IMG/VR virus record: IMGVR_UViG_3300020388_000003
Coordinates: 1-49,158 of that record
From: a virus
Lineage: Duplodnaviria; Caudoviricetes
Length of the DNA stretch: 49,158 nucleotides
Direction: 5' to 3' (one strand)
In this document: in pieces, positions 38,245-47,544 of the stretch
Layout: each line of letters starts with the position of its first letter
Numbering within the stretch: position 1 is the first letter of the stretch
Notes under the pieces: model-generated
The model's input: only the letters and a program-made list of their open reading frames with translations
Databases searched by the model: none
What the model was told of the DNA's origin: nothing
Position numbers and translations under genes: made by a program

Positions 38245-39031
38245 CACCTTCTCCAAACAAAAGTTTAAATCGCTCAGCATAGCCTGTTAATGTAGAGCCT
38301 GTTAAGCCTGGGGCTGTATTAACTTCTAATACAAATGCCTCATTACCACGCTCATTGTAAATAATATCCACTGCACCAAAGTCTAAGCCTAATGCCTTAA
38401 CTGTCGTAACAGCTTGCTCAAGCACCTGAGAAGGAACTTCTACGTCTTCATTACGAGCAAAGATAAAGCCGTTAGCATGATTACGTACAAGCCAGTTAAC
38501 CTGCTCATCAGGAACACTACGGTCACGAGCCTTGCGTTGTATGTCAACCACTTCACCAGACAACACGTGAATACGCCATTCAGACTTCTTCTTAACATAC
38601 ATAACATAAAGAGGGCAATCTTCTAACACGTCACCGTCTTGCTTAATCTTAATACCTTCACCAGAATGACCTGTTAGCTTATGACGTTCAACCACCTTGT
38701 AGCCTCGGTCAAGCCAATGCTGAGCTTCGTCCTTACTGGTGGTGAACATTGGGATGTTAATATATTCATCATAAGATGTGTTATTAAACTGCCTTACAGC
38801 ATTAAAGAACGACAGCTTATTACTTGCCTTAGCCACAGCATCAGGCTTATTAAGGACATTACAAAGCTTAACTTCGTCAGGAAGCTCTGAACAACCCCAG
38901 TTAATAACTTTCTTTTCTTGGTTTCCTTTAAAGCGGCTACCATTACGGCGTATACGCTTAGCACCAATTTCCTCAGCTAATGCTAGCACTGAGGCACTGC
39001 CTCCCTTGTAAGGGTACATGAATAAAGACAT
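38237..39031 (-). CDS. ATP-grasp peptide ligase
   Basis: VINWG, GHSGEGI, EWRIHV, LDFGAVDI, LEVNTAPG. Confidence 0.92.
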   Translation of the reverse strand: MSLFMYPYKGGSASVLALAEEIGAKRIRRNGSRFKGNQEKKVINWGCSELPDEVKLCNVLNKPDAVAKASNKLSFFNAVRQFNNTSYDEYINIPMFTTSKDEAQHWLDRGYKVVERHKLTGHSGEGIKIKQDGDVLEDCPLYVMYVKKKSEWRIHVLSGEVVDIQRKARDRSVPDEQVNWLVRNHANGFIFARNEDVEVPSQVLEQAVTTVKALGLDFGAVDIIYNERGNEAFVLEVNTAPGLTGSTLTGYAERFKLLFGEGDE

Positions 39032-39198
39032 TAGTTTTTCTCCCTAACTTCTATGTAGTAGTATGTAGCTGCGTAACCGTAAGTATTATTAGGTGTGTTT
39101 TTAAAAGCTTCTTCTAGTGTCTTATGAACACTAACATCCCTTACACAATCAGGCTCGTAAGGTTCGCACACCCTAGAGACAACAACATATATGCACAT
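39031..39198 (-). CDS. Small hypothetical protein (about 55 aa, not in the ORF track)
   Basis: Open frame with TAATG coupling at both ends. Confidence 0.5.
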   Translation of the reverse strand: MCIYVVVSRVCEPYEPDCVRDVSVHKTLEEAFKNTPNNTYGYAATYYYIEVREKN

Positions 39199-40076
39199 TA
39201 ATAATCCCCCATTGGCTCATCAGGCCATTCAATATTTACTGGGAATGATAAGCCACCAACTAAGCGCTCATCAAAACTGTTCCAATCAACTGCATGTACT
39301 ATAGGAAGCACATACTCCATACCTACATCAAGCTCTGCCTGTATGTCCAAACCCCCTAATAAAACACCAGCATACTCACCAAGAAGCCTGTATACAAACG
39401 ACTCAGGAGCTTCCAATGCCATACTTACTATGTCAAGTGGTGATTCAAATTGTTCAGCTTGCATACGTATGTTGTGTAATACGTTACACCAAATGTTTAA
39501 CACTTCAAAGTCTGCTGTGCTACGCATTGCTCTGTATTCAATAGAACCATACTTAGACAAAGAGTTTAAGTTTAACGCTGAATAACGTATCTCTTCTGTG
39601 TTTAATACACGTAAACTATTGTTAACAGCAGCCTCTTCCACCTTAAGGGCTTGGTATTCAGCATCACAAACACGTAAGCAGAATAAGTTACCTTCCCTGT
39701 GTGGGCCACAATAACGTGTTAGTATTGTTTCTAACAAGTATGTTGATACAATAGCGTTATACAGTTGGATAACATTCAAACCTTGTACGTTAACATGTAC
39801 ATGTACACCAGCCCTAGGTGTCTCGTAGTAGGTTGAATTACCAAGACGTTCCTTAAGACTATTAAGACAAGTAATTGTCTCAGGTAAGCTACGAGGCTCT
39901 CTCATAACGTATTCAAATGACTCTCCCCTAAGGCTGTGGTCTCTCTCTGTACGCCAATCACCATCATCAACCACAGGAAGTTGTTCACCTTCAACCTCCA
40001 CCTCAACACCAAGCAAGCCCTCTTTAAGCTTATGTCTTGGCATATCTAATTTCTGTGCAACCGTAGGAATCATCAT
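39198..40076 (-). CDS. Putative amidoligase (glutamine synthetase/COOH-NH2 ligase fold)
   Basis: GVEVEVE, DHSLR, GVHVHVN, RYSALN, IEYR. Confidence 0.85.
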   Translation of the reverse strand: MMIPTVAQKLDMPRHKLKEGLLGVEVEVEGEQLPVVDDGDWRTERDHSLRGESFEYVMREPRSLPETITCLNSLKERLGNSTYYETPRAGVHVHVNVQGLNVIQLYNAIVSTYLLETILTRYCGPHREGNLFCLRVCDAEYQALKVEEAAVNNSLRVLNTEEIRYSALNLNSLSKYGSIEYRAMRSTADFEVLNIWCNVLHNIRMQAEQFESPLDIVSMALEAPESFVYRLLGEYAGVLLGGLDIQAELDVGMEYVLPIVHAVDWNSFDERLVGGLSFPVNIEWPDEPMGDY

Positions 40077-40642
40077 GTCTCCTTAAGGAAATGACCTAAG
40101 AAGCTGTACTTGTCAGATAAACTAACTACACCTTCTGTTGATATGTAACCTGCCTTACGGAAGTTACGGTAGTATATAACAATACCACTGCGTTTACGTT
40201 TAAGGCAGAATGCTGGGGAGAAAGCAACACAAGCCTCACCATCAAGAACACGCTTAAGAGCTTCCTTGATAGTTGGGTAGGTGCAGTCAAGAGCTTGCAT
40301 AATTCTTGCAAGAGATGGAGCCATGTTTCTTGTACGTTGTCCATCAGAGAATATTACATTACGCTCCCTAAGTCCTTGCCTCCAATCAGAACGCATTGGC
40401 TTACGCATGAAGTATTGACAACCATCATTTGTATTGGCATAACCCAGCTTGAAATTTCTTAATTGAAAATCTTCACAAGGCTTGTCAACAATTGAACCGT
40501 CAGACAATTGAGCTACGATAGTTGTCTTATCAGACGTACCGTTAACCTCAAGAACTAGGGCAGCCTTACCTTCGTACAACACAACAGTACGTGTAAGCTT
40601 CTGCCTAGCGTATTCTAAATCACCGTACATACTTCTCTCCAT
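40073..40642 (-). CDS. Hypothetical protein in the ligase cluster
   Basis: 189 aa overlapping both ligase genes. Confidence 0.7.
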   Translation of the reverse strand: MERSMYGDLEYARQKLTRTVVLYEGKAALVLEVNGTSDKTTIVAQLSDGSIVDKPCEDFQLRNFKLGYANTNDGCQYFMRKPMRSDWRQGLRERNVIFSDGQRTRNMAPSLARIMQALDCTYPTIKEALKRVLDGEACVAFSPAFCLKRKRSGIVIYYRNFRKAGYISTEGVVSLSDKYSFLGHFLKET

Positions 40643-41468
40643 TTACATCTGGTGCCATTGGAATATCGAAATAGTTAACACAAACTTCATAAACATTAGA
40701 ATAGCCTGATGTAATATCACCACAATACTCAGGTGGGTGGCACACTTCCAACTCACGGTCTTCAAGAAGCTTTCTAAAAGCTAGTTTAGTGTTCGAGAAC
40801 ACCCATTCAATAAGCTCAGGGTGCTTCAACCACGCATTAGAAAGAACACGGTATTCCATTCCATAAGGCTTAGGACGGAAAGCACCCCAATCACCGTACA
40901 ATTCACGTCTTGTGTCGTCTGTATCAAACCCTAGCGAGGGAATGCCTAAGAAGGCATCCAACTGCTTAGCTAACACACGGCAATCGTTAAAATGTGCCTC
41001 AGAGAATGGGTCAGCGTCAGTTGTCCAACCTATATGAACATGACCAGCACCAGTTCTAAACGGCGTGTTAACATCTGGACGAGGGTTTTCCTTGCCTGTG
41101 TAAGCATTGTAATCAGGCTCACAACCAAGCTCTCTTGCACTATCAGGCTGGGCTGCTATTAGCTCATGTCCAAAGTGAGCCACAGGTACGGCACTTAAGT
41201 TGTGTTCACCAACCATCTCTTTAAGCGTAGTTAGTACAGCTTGAATGTTTTCATTAAACTCTTTAGGGGAGCGGGCTGGGTCTATGTTAAACTCAGCAGC
41301 CATACCATCAAGCTGTACAGCCCCCTTATCCACCTTAAATGGGTTGGCCTTAGTGCCTGGCACTATCCCTACAGCGCTTATTGGAGCATCATCTTTAAAT
41401 AAGAATACCTCTGGGTCAGCCCCTACTTGTAGGCTATCAACTAATTCATCTATTTCTTGCTGAGTCAT
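40620..41468 (-). CDS. Phage COOH-NH2 ligase type 2 (phiEco32-like)
   Basis: VGADPEVF, GCEPDYNAY, RTGAGHVHIG, FRPKPYGMEYRVLSN. Confidence 0.9.
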   Translation of the reverse strand: MTQQEIDELVDSLQVGADPEVFLFKDDAPISAVGIVPGTKANPFKVDKGAVQLDGMAAEFNIDPARSPKEFNENIQAVLTTLKEMVGEHNLSAVPVAHFGHELIAAQPDSARELGCEPDYNAYTGKENPRPDVNTPFRTGAGHVHIGWTTDADPFSEAHFNDCRVLAKQLDAFLGIPSLGFDTDDTRRELYGDWGAFRPKPYGMEYRVLSNAWLKHPELIEWVFSNTKLAFRKLLEDRELEVCHPPEYCGDITSGYSNVYEVCVNYFDIPMAPDVNGEKYVR

Positions 41469-42763
41469 AACTCATATCCCATATTAATTAATGTTTGATT
41501 AGTGGCCTTGTCATTTACACAAGTGTCACAGAATTTAGCACTACAACTTTTGTCAATTGTATACTCGCCCTTAACAAGTGGGTCAGAGCACCAAGCACAA
41601 TCATCTTGCTCGTATGTATTACCGTTAGTATCACCTAGGTCCAGTTCAGACAGGTCAAACTGTTCTTCTTCTACAACAGTACGCCAGTCAATAACAAGGT
41701 AAGGTTCACCACCGTTGTAAGAAACCTTCTTAACATCCCCGTGGAAGTAGCCCACGCTGTTAGCTAAGCGTTGATACAAGGCCTTCTTCTTAGGATTAGA
41801 CTTAAGACTTGTACTAGGAACGTATATCCGTACAGACACATCTAAACCACCTACCATAGAGCCTGACAACAAGCTACAGTCGAAGAAGTCTTTACCTAGG
41901 TCTTCACGAGGAAGAACATCAACAACAAAATAAACAGTCTTATTTCTGTAAGAGATTAAATCTTTGTAAACATTCTTCTTGTCTTCCAAAGATAGTTTCT
42001 TGTTGTTGCCACTAGGCTTAGGCACTTCCTTAACAACTGGAGCTGGGGGTGTGTACTCAAGCTTACGTTGGGTAAACTCCACCTGACCTCCTTTCACGGT
42101 TGGTAAGTGGAATGTGTACAGCTCATCAACATTAGTTATGTAAACTGTTTGGTGTGCAATATTGTTACGCCACAAGGCACCTTCAAGCATCCACCATTCA
42201 GAGGCGTAGAACAATGTCTTGCCATCTTGTGAAAGACAGTAGCACATTGGACGCTCATCATTACGTAACAGATTAAACGTGCCGTTATCTTTGTCCATCC
42301 AAGCTAACGACCAAGCGTTAAGCTGATTAACGTTAAGACGTTGGAATGTCTCATCAACACCGTTAGTATTCATGTCATGGTAGAGATTCTCACTGTCAAC
42401 ACCAAAATCTTTGTAGTCAAGCAAATTGCTTCGTGTCTTAAGCGTACCATTATGAACCCCTAACAGGCTGCCACATTCAAAAGGGTGAGCTGTGTTGTTG
42501 TTAACAGCCCCCACGGTAGCATAACGGTTATGTCCAATAAGACAAACATTACTTACGTTATTAAGCACCTTTCCTGTCTCTTTAAGCTGAAAGAAGTCAG
42601 TAGGTAGCATAGCTCTCTTATGATAGCTAAAGTCTCCTGCTAACGTTGCTGAGGCCACACCAATCGAGTGTGAACCCCTTAGTATGTCCATATGGAGCAT
42701 ATCTTTAAAGGCTTTCTTTTCCTTGTAGCCAATATCACCAATAACACCAACAATACCACACAA
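41465..42763 (-). CDS. Class II (Ntn) glutamine amidotransferase with C-terminal extension and Zn finger
   Basis: N-terminal MCGIVG, RG, IGHNRYAT, HPF, HNGTL, VDSE; C-terminal CAWC/CDTC. Confidence 0.9.
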   Translation of the reverse strand: MCGIVGVIGDIGYKEKKAFKDMLHMDILRGSHSIGVASATLAGDFSYHKRAMLPTDFFQLKETGKVLNNVSNVCLIGHNRYATVGAVNNNTAHPFECGSLLGVHNGTLKTRSNLLDYKDFGVDSENLYHDMNTNGVDETFQRLNVNQLNAWSLAWMDKDNGTFNLLRNDERPMCYCLSQDGKTLFYASEWWMLEGALWRNNIAHQTVYITNVDELYTFHLPTVKGGQVEFTQRKLEYTPPAPVVKEVPKPSGNNKKLSLEDKKNVYKDLISYRNKTVYFVVDVLPREDLGKDFFDCSLLSGSMVGGLDVSVRIYVPSTSLKSNPKKKALYQRLANSVGYFHGDVKKVSYNGGEPYLVIDWRTVVEEEQFDLSELDLGDTNGNTYEQDDCAWCSDPLVKGEYTIDKSCSAKFCDTCVNDKATNQTLINMGYEL

Positions 42764-42776
42764 AATAAACTCTCCT

Positions 42777-42819
42777 AAATTTTTCTAATATAAATTACAA
42801 TAAATACGCATCACATAAC
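42777..42819 (-). promoter_or_regulatory. Repeated upstream motif, copy B (upstream of the amidotransferase)
   Basis: GTTATGTGATGC-N19-TTAGAAAA; overlaps the palindrome CATAACTAGTTATG (42814-42827). Confidence 0.6.
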
Positions 42820-42848
42820 TAGTTATGCTTATTACACAACCTGTGACA

Positions 42849-43934
42849 CTAAGCAGCTTTAGCTTGCTCTGGGAATTGTCCTTCTAGCAAGAAGAACTCA
42901 AGTTCAATTAACATGAGGCACAACAAATCAAACTTGCCTTCGGGAACATAATGTTTTGTTCCCATGCTTTTTAAATAAGCTTCGTGGAAGATGCCTTTAG
43001 AAACACACTCTTCATTCAAATCTTTAACCCACTGTTTAATGTGCTTAAATACATTAAAACCTTCTTCACATCTGCCCCAACCTTGAGACACACAACCCGA
43101 CACAAATCCACCTAAGGCTCTTAACGTCTTACGTTTAGGAAAAGGCACATAACCCTCTTCTTCATACTGTGGGAAGGGGTTGTTATGCAGCCAATTTTTT
43201 TTAATAGCATTGTTTATCGTCTTGTCAGTAAGTTTTTTCATCTTGCCCTTATTAACAAATCGAGACAGGGTTGGGGCGTACATCATATTATTCTGAGGGG
43301 CTGAGTGTCCGTGGCTAACCTCAGCCACAACCGCACCATTATCATTTTCTTTTAGGAAATACGTAGCTTGGAAAGCTAGGTTTGAATTAACCCCGCCCTC
43401 CACAAGCTTCTTAAACAACTTACAATAATTCTTACACCAACCTTCCCAGCAGTAACGTGTACACATTAGCGCCTCAATAACCATACGCATATCGTGTTTA
43501 GTTTCAACAATAAAGTAGCCAAGCTTAAGCACTTGCTCAATATCTTTAACAGCAAACACATGTGCATAAGGGCTTTCATTCATAAGCCATGTATAAAAGA
43601 ATTTAGCTGCTTGTGTGTGCTCTAACAGTTCGTTAGACATAGTCTCAAGCAATGGTTCAGGCAGCTTAGATAAAACGTACAAAGGGTTAATGCCTTTGTT
43701 CTTGCTAACACCAACCCTACTAACCATCTTATTCCAGTTCAAGCCTATTGTACAAGAGGTCTCTTCAATACAATGCCCCACTTGCTTGCTACGTAAGCCT
43801 TTACCAAGTACAACAGACATAACCATTGTCTGACTAGACATACGTGGGGAGTTTTCCATAATCTCCTTAATAGCTATAATTGAATTCTTCTTGAAGCCAC
43901 ATGCCACAAGAATACTGTTTTGTTCTTTATTCAT
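42849..43934 (-). CDS. Hypothetical protein
   Basis: Long ORF, ATG after AGGAGG; no recognisable motif. Confidence 0.7.
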   Translation of the reverse strand: MNKEQNSILVACGFKKNSIIAIKEIMENSPRMSSQTMVMSVVLGKGLRSKQVGHCIEETSCTIGLNWNKMVSRVGVSKNKGINPLYVLSKLPEPLLETMSNELLEHTQAAKFFYTWLMNESPYAHVFAVKDIEQVLKLGYFIVETKHDMRMVIEALMCTRYCWEGWCKNYCKLFKKLVEGGVNSNLAFQATYFLKENDNGAVVAEVSHGHSAPQNNMMYAPTLSRFVNKGKMKKLTDKTINNAIKKNWLHNNPFPQYEEEGYVPFPKRKTLRALGGFVSGCVSQGWGRCEEGFNVFKHIKQWVKDLNEECVSKGIFHEAYLKSMGTKHYVPEGKFDLLCLMLIELEFFLLEGQFPEQAKAA

Positions 43935-44033
43935 TGTAAGCCCTCCTAAGGCTGTTATCACTCTTACATATACATTGGTATCCCTTGCATATGTAAAAGC
44001 CCTGAGAGACCCTCCCAGGAGCTTCTAGAGGTA

Positions 44034-44270
44034 TTATTCAACCCAACCCAGCTCAATAGCTTTCTCAATACCTTTGATTAGGTTTAGTGCGTAGTTTTTT
44101 GTAGGGATATGCATCTTAGCAACCCCGTCACCTGTGTCAAACATAGAGGCCCCTACATCACAAGGTTTAATAACGTCTGCCTTTATCTTTCCGCATACAT
44201 TTTTATCAGCCACACGAACAATACCAACCTTAACACTGTTACTCTTACGAATATCTACTTCAAGACCCAT
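44034..44270 (-). CDS. Hypothetical protein
   Basis: 78 aa with AAGGAG RBS. Confidence 0.6.
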   Translation of the reverse strand: MGLEVDIRKSNSVKVGIVRVADKNVCGKIKADVIKPCDVGASMFDTGDGVAKMHIPTKNYALNLIKGIEKAIELGWVE

Positions 44271-44292
44271 AACTATCTCCTTAACATTGAAT

Positions 44293-44367
44293 TGGTAGCC
44301 CCTACAGGAGTCGAACCTGTAACTTCTCTTTAGGAAAAAGATGTTATCTCCATTTAACTAAGGGGCC
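44293..44367 (-). tRNA. tRNA-Arg (anticodon CCT)
   Basis: GGCCCCT/AGGGGCT acceptor, D-arm GTTA/TAAC with A20, anticodon arm TCTTT-TTCCTAA-AGAGA, GGTTCGACTCC, encoded CCA. Confidence 0.9.
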
Positions 44368-44412
44368 AAATTATTTTCTAAAATTAAACACAATAAAGAC
44401 GCACCACATAAC
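44368..44412 (-). promoter_or_regulatory. Repeated upstream motif, copy C (directly upstream of tRNA-Arg)
   Basis: GTTATGTGGTGC-N19-TTAGAAAA. Confidence 0.6.
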
Positions 44413-44531
44413 TACGACTCGTCCTCCTCATCTTCTTGGCAATCAGGACACACAAACCAACCAGGCATATCAGATGCACAGTGGTTGTATCCTATTAAAC
44501 AACGACACTTATCACAAACAACTTTTTCCAT
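44412..44531 (-). CDS. 39-aa Zn-ribbon peptide (not in the ORF track)
   Basis: Manual translation MEKVVCDKC...FVCPDCQEDEEDES; GGGAGG RBS. Confidence 0.55.
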   Translation of the reverse strand: MEKVVCDKCRCLIGYNHCASDMPGWFVCPDCQEDEEDES

Positions 44532-44645
44532 AACTACCTCCCCATAAACTTAAGCTTACGTTCATAAGTTTTCCTAAGCTTTTCTGCTTCATATTTCTTA
44601 CAGGCAGTGTCTAGAAGCTTACCATCTAGCAGTATGTGCCAGCAG

Positions 44646-44912
44646 CTACCTGTTATTGATTTGGTTATTGTAAACATCTTCCACCCCTTTCCAATACCCA
44701 AAACCCTGAGCCGTCTTCCCCCAAGTAAAGCCCCCTAGCAAGCAATTATTAAAATTAAAAGGTATGGAATAGTCATCCTTCTTATACGTCCTGCAAGCCC
44801 TCAGGAGCTCTTCTAAAGCCCTACCCTTACCCAACACACTAGCAACCTGTTTAAACAGCATTGTGTCGTTTATATGCAGCTTATTTGTTGTATTAGGCAT
44901 CCCAGTCTCCAT
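44646..44912 (-). CDS. Early hypothetical protein
   Basis: ORF with FTWGKTAQGFGYW motif; start uncertain. Confidence 0.6.
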   Translation of the reverse strand: METGMPNTTNKLHINDTMLFKQVASVLGKGRALEELLRACRTYKKDDYSIPFNFNNCLLGGFTWGKTAQGFGYWKGVEDVYNNQINNR

Positions 44913-45246
44913 TAAATAAATGTGAAGGGTGGATAAGACTCATGTCATCAGCAGTCATGCCCTTGAACACTTCTGAGCCATTGCCATCAGTACATATATC
45001 GTAAGCACCCATTGACGCATTAACAACAATACCCTCAGCATTAAAGGGAACTACTGTTACAAAGTCACCTACATAAAACTCCCGTTCAAGAGGTCTATCA
45101 GGGGTGTGTACTTTTTTCTTTTCTGTTTTACATTCAGCGTTAGCTGTCATTTCGTAAATATTATTTACAAGGCCATAGATAGCTAGTAAGCCGCTGATAA
45201 GTAACACAATTATGACGCATAATAAGAAAACAATTATGTATGTCAT
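44893..45246 (-). CDS. Early membrane-anchored hypothetical protein
   Basis: N-terminal transmembrane segment and SH3/KOW-like C-terminus; AAGGAG RBS. Confidence 0.6.
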   Translation of the reverse strand: MTYIIVFLLCVIIVLLISGLLAIYGLVNNIYEMTANAECKTEKKKVHTPDRPLEREFYVGDFVTVVPFNAEGIVVNASMGAYDICTDGNGSEVFKGMTADDMSLIHPSHLFNGDWDA

Positions 45247-45275
45247 GTTTATCTCCTTAAAAATAATTAAAAAAG

Positions 45276-45305
45276 TTTTAGGAAAACTGGGAAAAAACTA
45301 GTATA
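45276..45305 (+). promoter_or_regulatory. Candidate phage-sigma promoter, copy 3 (antisense to early genes)
   Basis: TTTTAGGAAAACTGGGAAAAAACTAGTATA, same spacing as the other copies. Confidence 0.65.
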
Positions 45306-45499
45306 TACTAGTATAGCCCTATTAAATAAGTGAACGTAGTGAACATTTAATCAATACAATAAGACAATACCTTCTAGAAGTTCCTTAAGGGATTCCTAAT
45401 AAGAATAAGAAAGACTAATAAGAATTAGCCAATTAACAATCAAAGGGAATGTTATTCATAAAAGCCCCTCATCCATTGAGCAAGCTTTGAGTATAACAC

Positions 45500-45697
45500 T
45501 TAGTATACTAGTGTGTATGGTATTTTCTTTGTTTGTAAGACAAGCTCAAGGCGGCTACAATAAGGCTTAACAACCTCAGTATCTCCCTGAACAAACTTAA
45601 TACTAACAGGTATGGCCAAACTAGCCCCTAAATTACTTTCTACAGGTAATTCGGCACAATCAGCACCGCATAATTGCTTATTACATTGCTTACACAT
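45500..45697 (-). CDS. Early hypothetical protein
   Basis: 65 aa with Cys-rich N-terminus, overlapping the upstream gene end. Confidence 0.45.
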   Translation of the reverse strand: MCKQCNKQLCGADCAELPVESNLGASLAIPVSIKFVQGDTEVVKPYCSRLELVLQTKKIPYTLVY

Positions 45698-45965
45698 GAT
45701 GAGTATCCATATATTTGCTTAATACTTCTAAGTCTTTATCTGGTACAAGTTTAACACTGTATAGGGTGTATATAAACTCACCGTACAGGTCTTCTATTTG
45801 TTGGCCTTCTTCCAGCCAATCAGCACCTTCACCTAGCCCACTATGGCATTCCCCTAGTAGAGCGCCCTCACAGGCTTGTTGTTCGCTGTCAGCACAAACT
45901 AGTGTGGTGGTTATCTTTTCATACTCACCAGACTGTATTTGTTTTACAATTAAGAATGCTGGCAT
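45690..45965 (-). CDS. Early hypothetical protein
   Basis: ATG at 45965 immediately after the upstream stop. Confidence 0.55.
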   Translation of the reverse strand: MPAFLIVKQIQSGEYEKITTTLVCADSEQQACEGALLGECHSGLGEGADWLEEGQQIEDLYGEFIYTLYSVKLVPDKDLEVLSKYMDTHHV

Positions 45966-45966
45966 A

Positions 45967-46173
45967 CTAGTGTCCTTGCATATGTGGATTAATATTAGCT
46001 GGGCTTGCTTTGTCCCAGCCCGATAAGCCTTGCATGCGGTTATTAACACACTTAGCCCCAACTTGTAGGGCGTGCTTAGCTTTATTAGCTTCATGTTTAA
46101 CACGCTCAAAGGCAGTTAGACTGCCCATAGAGAAGTTGTTACCTGTTTCTTTTTCAACTAGCAGGTGTCTCAT
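45967..46173 (-). CDS. Early hypothetical protein
   Basis: 68 aa with RBS. Confidence 0.5.
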   Translation of the reverse strand: MRHLLVEKETGNNFSMGSLTAFERVKHEANKAKHALQVGAKCVNNRMQGLSGWDKASPANINPHMQGH

Positions 46174-46182
46174 AACCGCCCC

Positions 46183-46749
46183 CTAAGCTGCCTGTTCAAT
46201 ATCAGTAGGCATAGCATTCATAACATCGTCGATAGTTATACCCGCTTCGAAGATAGCTTTGATTACATCTTCATGTGTTAAGCCACCTTTATCTGGGTTG
46301 GTGGCTGAAATAATAGCTGACTTAATACGCTTGGCATAGTCAAACTCTTTAGAAACGCTAGCCTTCTTGCCATATTCATACCAAGTTGACTCAGGCTCGC
46401 AGTTATACATAAGCTTAACATCTTTCTTAGATGTCTTAGTTAGCTTGTTGTCTTTCTTGTTCCAAGCTACAGTGTTACAGCACAACACTTCTTTGATGTA
46501 TTTAACAATCTTAGTTAGGTTAATGCCTTGTGTATCTTCTGCAATAACAAGAATGTTAGATAGCCATGTTAGGTTGTTGCTAGCTTGGCCATTAGAAGAT
46601 AGTTTTGCAGCTTCTTGTACAGCTAGAATAAGCAACTGTTGTACTTGCTCGTTACGTTGCTTGATTGAACCGAATACAGCGGTACATGCCTTAGTAAAAT
46701 CTTTAGTGGTTTTTACGTTAGCTTGTGAATAAGTAGTTAGTGTAGCCAT
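46183..46749 (-). CDS. First early protein (hypothetical)
   Basis: 188 aa, strong AAGGAGG RBS, first substantial ORF after the early promoters. Confidence 0.75.
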   Translation of the reverse strand: MATLTTYSQANVKTTKDFTKACTAVFGSIKQRNEQVQQLLILAVQEAAKLSSNGQASNNLTWLSNILVIAEDTQGINLTKIVKYIKEVLCCNTVAWNKKDNKLTKTSKKDVKLMYNCEPESTWYEYGKKASVSKEFDYAKRIKSAIISATNPDKGGLTHEDVIKAIFEAGITIDDVMNAMPTDIEQAA

Positions 46750-47270
46750 GATGGCCTCCTTAATATTTTCAATAGTTAATTACGGTGTGGACGTATCCCA
46801 ATACTGAGACACATATTTAAAATGAATATAAGAAAGGCCGCTAAGTGTTAACCTAACGACCTTGATTTATTCATTCGATTAAAGTGTATATGCCACAGGC
46901 TTGCTATCGCCATTGGGTTGCCTAGGATTGTTCAGTAGAGCCATTAGCCCTTGCTTACTAGTCCATACATATACACTGGATTTTCAATTTACCCTCACAC
47001 TGATTAGTGCCAAGGATTCTCTGCGCTGTTACACATGCCTATCATGTATAGTTGCTTCGCTCAGCCCCCATAAGGAACCTGCACACGTTGGCTATTCACT
47101 GCCACCGCTTCGACTTGTCTTGTTAGGTGTGCATCTGTCCCAACTAACCAGCATAAGCTATTAGAAGGGATTAAAGAACGTTTAAGTACGCACCATTTAG
47201 GTTTAAGTCTAGTAGCTGATTTGAGCCGCTACCGCTCGTAGGTAATGTTTCAACCTGTATATTGGTGCCC

Positions 47271-47526
47271 ATGTTATACTGTCGGGATTCAGTTGTCAAC
47301 CTTTTATTTATCCTTAGTTGGTTGGTCTAAGCTGTTGCTCATAGTGAGCATGGTTGACATTGTAAGCTTAATCGCTATCGTTTGTCAAACAGTTTGTTAA
47401 GCTAAGTTGATAAGGTTTTTGAGCCGCTACCCTATGCCATATAGGACTTATTAGGACGGCCTTCACTAATTAATATTAAGCTAAGACTGTAAGACGCATG
47501 ATATAGATAAACCTATCAGTTGTCAA
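47271..47526 (-). promoter_or_regulatory. Cluster of three sigma70 early promoters
   Basis: TTGACA-17-TAACAT (47299-47271), TTGACA-18-TACAAT (47388-47359), TTGACA-17-TATCAT (47526-47498), all pointing to the early genes. Confidence 0.8.
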
Positions 47527-47534
47527 CCATATTC

Positions 47535-47544
47535 TTAAAGAGCA
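47535..47544 (-). promoter_or_regulatory. boxA-like antitermination element
   Basis: TGCTCTTTAA on the minus strand; a second CGTTCTTTAA at 47171-47180. Confidence 0.55.
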
